Shown here: one piece after another, positions 18,474-28,185 of the stretch
Layout: every line of letters starts with the position of its first letter
Position numbering within the stretch: the stretch's first letter is position 1
DNA from: Nitrospirota bacterium
GTDB taxonomy: Bacteria; Nitrospirota; Thermodesulfovibrionia; Thermodesulfovibrionales; JdFR-86
NCBI GenBank assembly: GCA_037385265.1
Contig: JARRNG010000004.1
Location: forward strand, 1-36,860
DNA: 36,860 nt
Direction: 5' to 3'
Translations under genes and position numbers: made by a program
Notes under the pieces: generated by a model
What the model was told of the DNA's origin: nothing
What the model saw: the letters and a program-made list of their open reading frames with translations, nothing else
Database searches by the model: none

Positions 18474-18624
18474 CTGACATCCACCTCCTTCTGAAGATTT
18501 GAAAATGTGAAGCTTTAAGGAGGCGTGTCATGGAACCGCGAGGCATGAATCCTGCTGTCTTACTACACCGACTCTCCATCAAACTTCCAATCAAATCATA
18601 TCATAGCCCAGGGGGAATAAGCAA
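18474..18624 (-). promoter_or_regulatory. csp promoter (TTGCTT-18-TATGAT) and about 115-nt structured 5' UTR
   Basis: -35 at 18624-18619, -10 at 18600-18595; the leader contains an anti-SD segment complementary to AAGGAGGTG. Confidence 0.6.
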
Positions 18625-18656
18625 CGGGATTTAGCCCTGCGGAAAAAGGGGCCCGG

Positions 18657-19151
18657 CTACCTGTAGTTGACGAACTCCATTGGAAAGTCGAAGTCCCTCT
18701 CCTTGAGCGCCTGGATTACGGTCTGGAGGTCGTCGAGCTTCTTGCCCCTGACCCGGAGCTGGTCTCCCTGGATCTGGGCCTGGACCTTGATTTTCATGTC
18801 CTTTATGAGCTTTACGAGCTCCTTCGCCCTGTCCTGGGGAATTCCCTGCTGGAGCTTTACGACCTGCCTGACCGTTCCTCCGCTTGCGGGCTCGACCTTC
18901 CCGTATTTCAGTGATTTCAGGGATACCTTCCGCCCGACGAGCTTGGTCTGAAGGACGTCCACCAGGCTCTTGAGCTTGAACTCGTCGTCGGAGACGAGGG
19001 TGAGTTCCCCGGCGTCGCGGTTGAAGTCTATGGAGCTCTTGCTCCCCTTGAAGTCGTAGCGCTGGGTAATCTCCTTGACTGCCTGGCCAACGGCGTTTGA
19101 GACCTCCTGGAGGTCGGTCTTGCTCACTATGTCGAAAGAATGTTCGGCCAT
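18657..19151 (-). CDS. yajQ: YajQ family nucleotide/c-di-GMP-binding protein
   Basis: SFDIVS, RYDFKG and [13 protein letters not shown]-x-GKK-x-DDLQ motifs; ends in NYR. Confidence 0.95.
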   Translation of the reverse strand: MAEHSFDIVSKTDLQEVSNAVGQAVKEITQRYDFKGSKSSIDFNRDAGELTLVSDDEFKLKSLVDVLQTKLVGRKVSLKSLKYGKVEPASGGTVRQVVKLQQGIPQDRAKELVKLIKDMKIKVQAQIQGDQLRVRGKKLDDLQTVIQALKERDFDFPMEFVNYR

Positions 19152-19226
19152 TCTGGTCTTCCTCCCCGGAATTCTTGAGTAGGTAGATTATAAGGCCGAT
19201 GGAAGGTTCGATTCAAGCCTTGCGGC

Positions 19227-20855
19227 TCAGGCGGAGCGCCTAGAGGAGTCCTGGTCCTTGGCAGACTCCAGAAGGAGCTGCATGGTATTCATGTTGATAT
19301 TGTGCTGGTCTATGGTTTCCCCGTGCCGGATGCGGAAGGTTCCCTCCGTCCACCCGAGCATCTCAGCGAAGGCCTCCTTGCCGGCCCGGCTGCCCACGGA
19401 GGCGTTAACGACGCGTCCGCCCTCGGTATAGATTGTTCCCTTCCGGATGCCCGAGACCACCTCTACCTTGGCGGTCTTAAGCCCAATGTTTAGTATCTGC
19501 ACGATGTCGTCGATGCTGAAATCCTCGAGAGTGCCGGTCAGGCCCGAGGCGTCCTCACGCTTTTCGGGCTTCGCCTTCTTGCCCTCGAGCATCTTGTTTA
19601 TAGTGCTTACGAGGACGCTCATCTCCACGGGTTTCGAAACGTAATGGACGTTTTCACCCTCGAAGCGCCTGGGGTAGTACTCGTCAGGCACGATGAGCAA
19701 GAAGGGCCTGTCCTGGATGGTCCTGACGCCCTGGAGCCTGCCGAAAAAGCTCGCGAAGGTGTCCGTCTCGAAGATTTCGACGTCCACTATTATGAGGTCC
19801 GGCGTCCTTTGTCTTGCCAGCCTCAGAGCATCGAAGCTGTTGGAGACGGATATGATGCCGACCTTGGACACGTCGAGCCCCAGCTTAAGGAGGGAGGCCA
19901 CGTTGGGCGCCCTCTCCAGTAGGAGCACCGAGGTCCTGGCCGGCTCGGGCACGCCCTTTATCACGGCGAGGAAAATCTCGGCTATCTCCGGGTCGAACTG
20001 GCTCCCGGCCTTCCTGATTATCTCCTGAAGCGCCTCTTCCTTGGTCAGCGGCTTCCGGTAGGGCCTCTGCGCGGTCATCGCCACGTAGGACTCCGCTATG
20101 TGGATTATCCTTGCTCCGAGGGATATCTGCCTCCCCTTGAGCCCCATGGGATAGCCCGTTCCGTCGTAGTGCTCATGATGCTGGGCTATCATGGACTCTA
20201 CGTTCCAGGGGAAATTAAGCTGCTTTAGCATCTCCACGGTGTTGATTGGGTGCTTCTTGAGGGATACCATCTCCTTGCGGTCGAATCTTCTTTCCGCCTC
20301 CAGGAGCTGCTGCTGTATCCCCACGCGTCCGAGGTCCTTCAGCAGGGCCACCATCTTGATGGCCTCTACCATGTCCTCGGCAAGCCCCATGCGCCGGGCT
20401 ATCTTCTCCGAGAGCTCGGCCGTGAGGTTCGAGTTGTTGAAGAAGTACTTGTCGTCCACCTCGAAGATCTGGAGGAGGCGGTCGGCAAAGGAGATGGAGA
20501 AGTCCTTGAGGTCTTTGATCTTGTCCTTGAGCCCGGTATACAGTTTCACGCCTTCCCGGACGAAGCGCCCGAAGTCGGAGGGGCTGAAGGAGATCTTACC
20601 GTCCATCGAGGGGGGGCCGGTGAAGAGTATGCTCACCCCCGGCGCCGAGGTCTCCACCAGGTTCCGGAAGACGTCCTTTTCGATGTCCGAGAGGCCCTGG
20701 CTGGCCACGACCAGATCGATGCGGTCGGTCTTGAGAATGTGCATGACGGTCAGGGGGCTCGAGGACTCAACGACTGTGGTGTCGTCGCTCCTGACCAGGT
20801 CCGCAAGGCGGCGGCTCTCGTCAGGATTGGAGCTGAAGATCAGAATCCTGCTCAT
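19227..20855 (-). CDS. Pseudo-REC + HD-GYP (degenerate) + REC + DUF4388/PATAN-like signalling protein
   Basis: HHEHYDGTGYP and RPYR motifs; LLKDLG in place of LLHDIG; second REC PDLIIVD...KP; C-terminal GLTGTLEDFSIDDIVQIL...W-x-EGTF. Confidence 0.85.
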   Translation of the reverse strand: MSRILIFSSNPDESRRLADLVRSDDTTVVESSSPLTVMHILKTDRIDLVVASQGLSDIEKDVFRNLVETSAPGVSILFTGPPSMDGKISFSPSDFGRFVREGVKLYTGLKDKIKDLKDFSISFADRLLQIFEVDDKYFFNNSNLTAELSEKIARRMGLAEDMVEAIKMVALLKDLGRVGIQQQLLEAERRFDRKEMVSLKKHPINTVEMLKQLNFPWNVESMIAQHHEHYDGTGYPMGLKGRQISLGARIIHIAESYVAMTAQRPYRKPLTKEEALQEIIRKAGSQFDPEIAEIFLAVIKGVPEPARTSVLLLERAPNVASLLKLGLDVSKVGIISVSNSFDALRLARQRTPDLIIVDVEIFETDTFASFFGRLQGVRTIQDRPFLLIVPDEYYPRRFEGENVHYVSKPVEMSVLVSTINKMLEGKKAKPEKREDASGLTGTLEDFSIDDIVQILNIGLKTAKVEVVSGIRKGTIYTEGGRVVNASVGSRAGKEAFAEMLGWTEGTFRIRHGETIDQHNINMNTMQLLLESAKDQDSSRRSA

Positions 20856-20860
20856 GTTTT

Positions 20861-20888
20861 AATATAACATAAATGTAGAAAATGTCAA
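20861..20888 (-). promoter_or_regulatory. Sigma70 promoter TTGACA-16-TATATT, 5 nt from the HD-GYP gene ATG
   Basis: tgtcaa at 20883-20888 and aatata at 20861-20866, with a TGn extension. Confidence 0.65.
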
Positions 20889-20941
20889 GATTTATGGGTC
20901 ATTTCATGAGAAACTCCATTAAAATTTCAGCAGGGGATCGG

Positions 20942-21925
20942 TCACCAATTCCAGGTTATTCGATCCTTGATTCCAGGGGTGATAAGGACCTCACCACCAT
21001 CGGCTACGATGACCGCCTCCACGTCGAGTTCCTCGGCGAGGGCAAGCCCCCTCTCGGGCCCCATGACGAATATTCCCGTTGAAAATCCGTCTGTTAGCAC
21101 TGCCTCATCGGCCACTACCGAGGCGCTCCACACTCCCCGGGCCGGGAGGCCCGTCCCAGGGTCAAGGAGGTGGTGGTAGCGCTTGCCATCCAGGATGAAA
21201 TACCTCTCGTAGTCGCCGGAGGTGGAGATGGCCTTGTCCTTGAGCTCCAGGGTCGCCATCACGCCTTCGTCGCCCTCGGCGCGGGGGTCGCGTATGCCTA
21301 TGCGCCATGTCCTCGGGCCGAAGCCCCGGATGTCTCCGGCGATGGCCACCAGCCCAGACTCCATGCCACTCTCCTTGAGGACCTCCACGGCCCGGTCCAC
21401 GGCGTAGCCCTTGGCGATGCCGCCCGTGTCGAAGGACATGCCCTTGACCTCAAGGTAGACCGTGGAATTGTCCCTGTCCACTACGACCTTCCTGTAATCC
21501 ACCAGGGGGAGCTTCCCCTCGATCTCCTTTTTGGTGGGCATCCTCTTTTCGTGAAAATCCCAGAGCCTCATCACGGGACCTACCGTGGGGTCGAAGGCCC
21601 CGCCGGTTCTCTCCGCGATATAGAGGGAGCGCTCGACTATATCGAGCGTTTCGGGGGATACCTTGACCGGCCGGACTCCCGCGTTCTGGTATATGGCGGC
21701 TATCTCGCTGTCCTCGGTCCAGAAGCTCAGGAGTTTCTCGAGCCGGCGTATCTCGTCGAAGGCCGCGTCCATGGCGCCTTCGGCCTCCTGCCCCGAATCC
21801 GAAACGACGGTGATGGTCACCAGGGTGTCCATGATAATGGCGCTCTTCCGGTAAGTAGCTTCCTCCGGGGCGCAGGCGACAAGGGAGATGAGGACGAGCA
21901 ATATAGCGGCCAGGCGGCGGGTCAC
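20942..21925 (-). CDS. apbE: FAD:protein FMN transferase ApbE (lipoprotein)
   Basis: Lipobox LVAC; FDPTVG, GGIAKGYAVD, STSGDYER and YHHLLDP motifs; GTGA overlap with the uvrA stop. Confidence 0.93.
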   Translation of the reverse strand: MTRRLAAILLVLISLVACAPEEATYRKSAIIMDTLVTITVVSDSGQEAEGAMDAAFDEIRRLEKLLSFWTEDSEIAAIYQNAGVRPVKVSPETLDIVERSLYIAERTGGAFDPTVGPVMRLWDFHEKRMPTKKEIEGKLPLVDYRKVVVDRDNSTVYLEVKGMSFDTGGIAKGYAVDRAVEVLKESGMESGLVAIAGDIRGFGPRTWRIGIRDPRAEGDEGVMATLELKDKAISTSGDYERYFILDGKRYHHLLDPGTGLPARGVWSASVVADEAVLTDGFSTGIFVMGPERGLALAEELDVEAVIVADGGEVLITPGIKDRITWNW

Positions 21926-24459
21926 GCGATTCTCCTTTTCTTGCCAAACCGGAGCTTTTCCCTCATCACGCGGCCCGTGTGGGAGGCCTCGACCTCGCAG
22001 ACCTCCTCGGGGGTCCCGGCCGCCATCAGGCGGCCTCCGGCGGTGCCTCCTTCGGGACCCAGGTCCACAATATAGTCCGCCGACTTGATGACCTCGGGAT
22101 TGTGCTCGATGACGAGCACGGTGTTGCCCATCCCGACGAGGCTGTTTATGACGTTCAGGAGCCTCTCGATGTCCACGAAGTGGAGCCCCGTGGTTGGCTC
22201 GTCGAGGATGTAAAGGGTGTTTCCCGTAGCCTTCCTGCTCAGCTCCTTCGAAAGCCTTATCCTCTGCGCCTCTCCCCCCGAAAGGGTGGGGGCGGGCTGT
22301 CCGAGCTTGATGTAGCCCAGGCCTACGTCTTCGAGGGACTCGAGCCTCTGCTTTAGCGGTGGTATGGCCGCGAAGAACTCCATGGCCTCGGAGACGGTCA
22401 TCTCGAGCACCTCGGAGATGTTCTTCCCCTTGTACCTTATCTCGAGCGTCTCCCTGTTATACCGCTTGCCCCTGCAGACGTCGCAGGGCACGTAGGCGTC
22501 CGGCAGAAAGTGCATCTCCACCTTTCTGACGCCGTCTCCCCTGCATGTCTCGCACCGGCCTCCCGCCAGGTTGAAGCTGAACCGCGAGGGCTTGTAGCCC
22601 CTGACCCTGGAGTCGGGCAGGGCCGCGAAGAGATCCCGCACCAGGGTGAACACCCCCGTATAGGTTGCCGGGTTGGACCGCGGGGTCCTTCCCAGCGGGG
22701 CCTGCTCGACGCATATGACCTTGTCTATCTTGTCAGTGCCGACAATGGCCCTGTGCTTGCCTGGCAGGGCGCCGCTCTTGTGGAGCTCCCTGGCGAGGGC
22801 CTTATACAAAACCTCGAAGACGAGGGTGCTCTTTCCCGAGCCCGAGACGCCGGTCACGCAGGTGAGGACCTTAAGGGGGATCCTTACGTCGATGTTCTTT
22901 AGGTTGAACTCCGCAGCGCCCTTTACCTCTATGAAATCCACCGGGACCCTGCGCTTCGCAGGCACGGGTATCTCCGACTCCCCGCTTAGGAACCTTCCCG
23001 TCACGGAGTCCTTGTTCTTCTTGATTTCCGAAGGGCTCCCCGTGGCGACGACCCACCCGCCCCTCAGCCCGGCGCCGGGGCCCATGTCCAGTATGTGGTC
23101 GGCCCAGAGCATGGTGTCCTCGTCGTGCTCTACCACTATTACGGTGTTGCCGGCGTCGCGGATGCGTGAGAGGCTTTCCAGAAGCCTGCGGCAGTCCCTG
23201 GGATGAAGCCCCATCGTGGGCTCATCCAGGACGTATACCACCCCCGTGAGGCGGGAGCCCATCTGCGTGGCCAGCCTAATCCTTCGGGCCTCGCCGCCGG
23301 AGAGCGTCAGCGAGGGCCTCTCCAGGGTGAGATAGCCGAGGCCGACCTCTTCGATGAAGCCCAGGCGGTCCGTCACCTCCTTGAGGATGCGCGAGGCTAT
23401 CTTCCTTTCCCTCTGGGTTAAGCGTAGGCCCTGCACGAATTCGAGGGCGTCGGAGGCGTGCATCGAGGCGAACTCGCCGATGTTCTTTCCGTTGAGCCTC
23501 ACGCTGAGGGCCTCCTTCCTCAGCCTCAGCCCCTTGCAGACGCGGCAGGGCCTGCGGCCCTCCACGTCCTCCTCGGCCTCGTCTACGCCCTCGAGGCCCA
23601 GGCCCTTGCAGGCCGGGCAGGCCCCGAGGCGGGAGTTGAAGGAAAAGAAGCGCGGATTGATCTCGGGGTAGCTGATGCCGCAGTTGGGGCAGGCCATGGT
23701 CCTGCTAAGAGGGATGTCGAGGTCCTCGTCGAGGAGGTGGATCATCACCGTATCCGAGTACCTGAGCGCGGTGTCTATTGCGTTCTTGAGCTGCCTCGAT
23801 ATGTTTTGCTTGATGATGAGCCTGTCGATGACTATCTCGATGGTGTGCCGCTTGTTCCTCGCCAGAGATATGTCCTCGGTGAGGTCCACCATCTCGCCGT
23901 CGATCCTCGCCCTCACGAAGCCCTCGGCCCTCATCTGGGCGAGCTCTTTCCTGTACTCGCCCTTCCGTTCCCGAACAATGGGCGACAGTATCTGGAGGCG
24001 GCTTCCCTCGGGCATGTCCATAACCCTTTGTATGATGCGCTCGGCGTCCTGGGCGGCAATGGGTGAGCCGCAGTTATAGCAGAAGGGCTTTCCGACGGTT
24101 GTGTAGAGGACGCGCATGTAGTCGTATATCTCGGTGATGGTGCCCACCGTCGAGCGGGGGCTGCGGGATATGGTCCTCTGGTCAATAGCTATCGATGGCG
24201 AGAGGCCCCCGATGTAGTCGACGTCGGGCTTCTGTATCTGTTCCAGGAACTGGCGAGCATAGGCCGACAGGCTCTCGACATACCTGCGCTGGCCCTCGGC
24301 GTATATGGTGTCTATGGCCAGCGACGACTTGCCGGAGCCTGACGGGCCGGTGATCACCGTGATGACGTTCCGCGGGATGGCCACGTCGATGTTCTTGAGG
24401 TTGTGCTCCCTCGCGCCCCTTATGGTAATTGCATTCCGCAATGGTGAAGTTTTCGACAA
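21922..24459 (-). CDS. uvrA: Excinuclease ABC subunit A (short form; start may be TTG at 24441)
   Basis: GAREHNLKN, two Walker A motifs ([18 protein letters not shown]), two LSGGEA signatures, zinc modules. Confidence 0.95.
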   Translation of the reverse strand: MSKTSPLRNAITIRGAREHNLKNIDVAIPRNVITVITGPSGSGKSSLAIDTIYAEGQRRYVESLSAYARQFLEQIQKPDVDYIGGLSPSIAIDQRTISRSPRSTVGTITEIYDYMRVLYTTVGKPFCYNCGSPIAAQDAERIIQRVMDMPEGSRLQILSPIVRERKGEYRKELAQMRAEGFVRARIDGEMVDLTEDISLARNKRHTIEIVIDRLIIKQNISRQLKNAIDTALRYSDTVMIHLLDEDLDIPLSRTMACPNCGISYPEINPRFFSFNSRLGACPACKGLGLEGVDEAEEDVEGRRPCRVCKGLRLRKEALSVRLNGKNIGEFASMHASDALEFVQGLRLTQRERKIASRILKEVTDRLGFIEEVGLGYLTLERPSLTLSGGEARRIRLATQMGSRLTGVVYVLDEPTMGLHPRDCRRLLESLSRIRDAGNTVIVVEHDEDTMLWADHILDMGPGAGLRGGWVVATGSPSEIKKNKDSVTGRFLSGESEIPVPAKRRVPVDFIEVKGAAEFNLKNIDVRIPLKVLTCVTGVSGSGKSTLVFEVLYKALARELHKSGALPGKHRAIVGTDKIDKVICVEQAPLGRTPRSNPATYTGVFTLVRDLFAALPDSRVRGYKPSRFSFNLAGGRCETCRGDGVRKVEMHFLPDAYVPCDVCRGKRYNRETLEIRYKGKNISEVLEMTVSEAMEFFAAIPPLKQRLESLEDVGLGYIKLGQPAPTLSGGEAQRIRLSKELSRKATGNTLYILDEPTTGLHFVDIERLLNVINSLVGMGNTVLVIEHNPEVIKSADYIVDLGPEGGTAGGRLMAAGTPEEVCEVEASHTGRVMREKLRFGKKRRIA

Positions 24460-24568
24460 GAGTTTAACCCTTAATTCTAAAAGATTACGGTGGATTCTTT
24501 CAATTCATGCGAGGGGGAGACGACAGGGCAATAATGACAAGGGCCGGAATTTGCGATATTATCTACCC

Positions 24569-25282
24569 ATGAGGCGCGTTCTGTTAACTGTGTTTTGCCT
24601 CTTCCTTGCCGCAGCCGCGGCGTGCGCCCAGGACATTTACGATAGAGACCGCCAGCGCATGATCGCGGAGGACATCAAGGGCCGGGGCGTGGAGTCGGAG
24701 CCGGTCTTAAAGGCCATGGGCGAGGTGCCGAGGGAGCTGTTTGTCCCCCTCAGGTACCGGGGAAGCGCCTACGCCGACAACCCCCTTCCCATCGGCGAGG
24801 GGCAGACGATATCCCAGCCCTACGTGGTGGCCCTGATGACGGAGGCCCTGAAGCTCAGGCCGTCGGACAAGGTGCTCGAGATCGGCACGGGCTCGGGCTA
24901 CCAGGCGGCGGTGCTCGCCGAGATAGCCGGGGAGGTCTACACTATCGAGATAAGAGAGACCCTGGCCCAGAGCGCCGAGGAGCGGCTTGAGAAGCTCGGC
25001 TACCGAAACGTCCACGTCAAGTACGCCGACGGTTACTTCGGGTGGCCCGAGCACGCTCCCTTCGACGCCATAATAATAACCGCAGCAGTGAACCACATAC
25101 CCCCGTCTCTGATAAAGCAATTGAAGGATGGCGGGAAGCTAATAGTCCCTCTGGGGCAGACGACGTTCTATCAGACCCTCACCCTGGCCACGAAGCTCGA
25201 GGGCGGGGAGATGAGGCTCGTGCAGATGAGCCCGGTCCGGTTCGTCCCCATGGTAGGAGAGGCGCTGAAAGTGGAGAAGTGA
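24569..25282 (+). CDS. pcm: Protein-L-isoaspartate O-methyltransferase with signal/lipoprotein-like N-terminus
   Basis: [34 protein letters not shown] and VRFVPM motifs; start set at ATG 24569 rather than the ORF-track extension. Confidence 0.92.
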   Translation: MRRVLLTVFCLFLAAAAACAQDIYDRDRQRMIAEDIKGRGVESEPVLKAMGEVPRELFVPLRYRGSAYADNPLPIGEGQTISQPYVVALMTEALKLRPSDKVLEIGTGSGYQAAVLAEIAGEVYTIEIRETLAQSAEERLEKLGYRNVHVKYADGYFGWPEHAPFDAIIITAAVNHIPPSLIKQLKDGGKLIVPLGQTTFYQTLTLATKLEGGEMRLVQMSPVRFVPMVGEALKVEK

Positions 25283-25322
25283 CTGGGGTCTGTCTCCGGC
25301 TCGCATCCCACCGCCGGAATGG

Positions 25323-25351
25323 TTGACGGGACCTATCTTCTCTGATAGCCT
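25323..25351 (+). promoter_or_regulatory. Putative sigma70 promoter TTGACG-17-TAGCCT for the 25411 gene
   Basis: Near-consensus hexamers with 17-bp spacing and a TG extension; SD AAGGAGG further downstream. Confidence 0.45.
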
Positions 25352-25410
25352 TCGGGCAGGATGTCCCGGGCGAAGAGCCCGCTGGTGGTCTTGAAAGGAG
25401 GGCGGCCTGG

Positions 25411-25758
25411 ATGCTGCTTAAGATTGCCGTCATAATCCTTGTGTTGGGGGCCCTGGGCGGACTGACCCTGACAGTGATGCACGTCCGGAGAAGGAGAGTT
25501 CCAGTACCCCTGGCCCTGCTGCACGGACTTGCGGTCGCCACGGGATTCACTGTCCTCGTCGTGGCGAATGTAAAGGACCAGCTCGGAGGGCTGGTAACGG
25601 TTTCGGTGCTGCTTTTCGTGCTGGCCGCAATGGGTGGGCTCGTGCTTTTCACCTTTCACCTTCGGGGTCGTCCGCTTCCGGCGATGCTGATAGTCCTTCA
25701 CGGCCTCGCGGCGCTGGTGGCCCTTTCACTTCTTCTGGCCGTTTTGTTTATTGCTTAG
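25411..25758 (+). CDS. Small 4-TM membrane protein with an internal duplication (two LHGLA motifs)
   Basis: SD AAGGAGG; four hydrophobic segments; GGL...H-x-R-x-R-x-(V/L)P...LHGLA appears twice. Confidence 0.75.
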   Translation: MLLKIAVIILVLGALGGLTLTVMHVRRRRVPVPLALLHGLAVATGFTVLVVANVKDQLGGLVTVSVLLFVLAAMGGLVLFTFHLRGRPLPAMLIVLHGLAALVALSLLLAVLFIA

Positions 25759-25827
25759 TTAACCGCAGTTCGTCCTGATGCCCTTCGGAGGCGTTTGCTG
25801 GTTTGGCTCCGGGCAGGGGCGGAGGGG

Positions 25828-28185
25828 TCAGGCCATCGAGGCTTTCTTTATTATCCCAAAGGCGGCCAGGTACATGAGTGCTCCGAGGAACAGGACCGTG
25901 TCGAATCCAAACTCCAGCGCAAGCATGGTGGCCACCACGGGGGCCAGGACCGAGAAACATCCGTTTATTGCCCAGGCCCAGGGTATGAGGCCGGGCGACT
26001 TCCTGCCCAGAAGCCTCATTCCCATGGGAAACGGTATTCCCATGAGAACTCCAGCCGCAGAGGCGAGCAGGAAGGTGAGGGCGAACTTCATGGCGATGGG
26101 GTAGGCGGCAATTCTTTCCGCTCCCAACGAAAGGAGCAGGCCGTATGGCACGACCAGCGCCGCAAGCGCCAGAACCGTTCGGGGGGTCCTCAAGAGGGCG
26201 AATCTCTGGCTCAGCAGGCTTCCGGCCCCCGACCAAACGAGAACCGAGGCCAGCACCACCGCGACGGCGTAGGAGGGGTTTTCAAGGGGAAGAATCATCG
26301 CCTGGATAAGCGGGATCTCTACAAACATGAACCCCAGCCCCAGGAGCGCAAAATACGCAAGGTCAGGGGACGGCTTCGCGCGGGCCCCTTTTCCGAAGGC
26401 GGGAAGAAGCAGAAGGACGAGGCTAAGGACGAGCACTTGCGCGAGCACCGCGGGAAGTAGGTATCCCTCCTCGACGAAGTACTGCCATTTGCCTCCCATA
26501 ACTGCGGTGGTCTCCCGCAGCCTGCCAAGCTTCAGGTAGTGGTGGAAGTAGGGGCTTTCGTCGTGCACAGGCGTGACGTCGAAAACGTAATCGCGAAGGA
26601 AATTGTCCCTCGTGGCCGGGTCGACAATCGCCCTGAAGGCCCTGTAGTAATCTTTATTTGGCATTTCGACGTAGATGTTCGTCTCTGACTCCCTGATGCT
26701 AGGGTAGTAGAGGAGGTCGAAGCTCCTTGACCTCGCGAAATCCTTGAGCGCGCTAATCTCACGCTCTTCGAAAGGGGTCTTCTTGAAAACCAAGGCCATG
26801 CTCCCCCAGCTTCTCAGGGCGGCGATGTGCTCAGCAGGCCTTCGCACACCCATATCCTCGAGGGCGGCAAGCCCGGTCGTCAGAAGCCTGAGCTCCGTCC
26901 TGGGCGGGGGGACGAGGTACGTCTCAAGGCTCAGTACTCCGTCTTTCGAAAGGTGGTCCAGGTATTCCCTGAAGGCCTCGACGGTGAGGGCGTAGTCCTC
27001 GGACATGCCGAAGGCCCCCGACGGGACGGCGCCCGTGAGCGAGATGTCTATGAGGTCGTACTTCCTGTCGGTCGAAAGCAGCCGGCTCCTGGCGAGTTTC
27101 TCGAAAGTGTCCGAGCCGTAGATTCCTCCCGAGAAGTCCCCGTAGTCGTCTCGCACGACCTCGACGACGATGGGAACGGACTCGGCCTTCTCCACGTAGC
27201 CCGCACCGTAGTGTCTCGCCAAAAGCACGTTCAGGCCTCCCCCGGGCTCCGCGACGAGGACGCTGCGCCTTTCAGCGAGCTCGTAGGGCAGGGCCGAGGG
27301 CAGGAAGCCGAGGAACTCCATATCGCTCCCGGCATCGGTGATGGCGTCTATCCCCGCGCCGTCCACCGCGAGCCCCAACTGGCGCGGAAGAGGTTCGAGG
27401 TACTTAAGGCTCAGCCCCGGGGCGAACCTCGCCAGGGGGCTTTCGAAGACGTCCACCCGGGAGAAACCGCTGTAGTAGGTCTTTATGAGTTCGGCCCCCG
27501 GGTAGCGGAGGGCCTGCTCTAGCCCCTTGTACTGGGACAAGCGGATTTTCATGAAGTCCGGGTTAACGCCGGCAAGGACCATTAGCGCCACAAGAAGCGC
27601 GGCGGCGACCCTGGGCCTTCCGAGGAGGGCGGCCCCCACGAGGCCGCCCGCGGATATGGCGAATACGCTTCCTTCGGGCCCGAGCCCCGACATCAGGAGG
27701 ATGGCCGCCACCGAGCCCCCTCCGGCCCCGAGAAGGTCCGCTCCGTAGACGAGGGATGCCCTTTCGCTTTCCAGGGCGAAGGACGTTGCCACTACGAGGC
27801 CGAAGAAGAAGAACGGAAGTGCCAGGAGGATATAGTACGCTCCGATGTAGAGGAGCTGCTGCCGGTCCCAGGCCAGCCTGGCCGGGTCGAAGGGTATGAG
27901 GTTGGTGCCCACGTAGCCGATAAACAGCGTAAGCCCGAGGCCGAGGCCGTAGAGGCCCAAATGTTCCCTTCTCTTTAGCCCGGGCGCAAGCGACAGGACC
28001 GTGCCGCTTAGGCCGATGCCGAGCATGGCGATGCTTATTACCATGAAGGCGAAGTGATACCAAAGGGATATCGAAAACACCCTCGTAAGCGTTATCTCGA
28101 AGGCTATGGCGGCCGAAGAGGAGATGAATATCCCCGCAAGGAGGCGCAGCGGAAGGGGGCCTGGGTCCGCGCGGTCGGAGCTCAC
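25828..28185 (-). CDS. Multi-pass membrane protein with central spermidine-synthase-like/SAM-binding domain
   Basis: N-terminal TMs (WYHFAFMVISIAMLG), central EPGGGLNV and YDLI...TVEAF Rossmann-like motifs, C-terminal TMs (GLGFMFVEI, WAWAING). Confidence 0.8.
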   Translation of the reverse strand: MSSDRADPGPLPLRLLAGIFISSSAAIAFEITLTRVFSISLWYHFAFMVISIAMLGIGLSGTVLSLAPGLKRREHLGLYGLGLGLTLFIGYVGTNLIPFDPARLAWDRQQLLYIGAYYILLALPFFFFGLVVATSFALESERASLVYGADLLGAGGGSVAAILLMSGLGPEGSVFAISAGGLVGAALLGRPRVAAALLVALMVLAGVNPDFMKIRLSQYKGLEQALRYPGAELIKTYYSGFSRVDVFESPLARFAPGLSLKYLEPLPRQLGLAVDGAGIDAITDAGSDMEFLGFLPSALPYELAERRSVLVAEPGGGLNVLLARHYGAGYVEKAESVPIVVEVVRDDYGDFSGGIYGSDTFEKLARSRLLSTDRKYDLIDISLTGAVPSGAFGMSEDYALTVEAFREYLDHLSKDGVLSLETYLVPPPRTELRLLTTGLAALEDMGVRRPAEHIAALRSWGSMALVFKKTPFEEREISALKDFARSRSFDLLYYPSIRESETNIYVEMPNKDYYRAFRAIVDPATRDNFLRDYVFDVTPVHDESPYFHHYLKLGRLRETTAVMGGKWQYFVEEGYLLPAVLAQVLVLSLVLLLLPAFGKGARAKPSPDLAYFALLGLGFMFVEIPLIQAMILPLENPSYAVAVVLASVLVWSGAGSLLSQRFALLRTPRTVLALAALVVPYGLLLSLGAERIAAYPIAMKFALTFLLASAAGVLMGIPFPMGMRLLGRKSPGLIPWAWAINGCFSVLAPVVATMLALEFGFDTVLFLGALMYLAAFGIIKKASMA

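Noticed and set aside
24305-24568. N-terminal extension of pcm in the ORF track
   Set aside because: Overlaps uvrA on the opposite strand; a better start with an adjacent -10 element exists at 24569.
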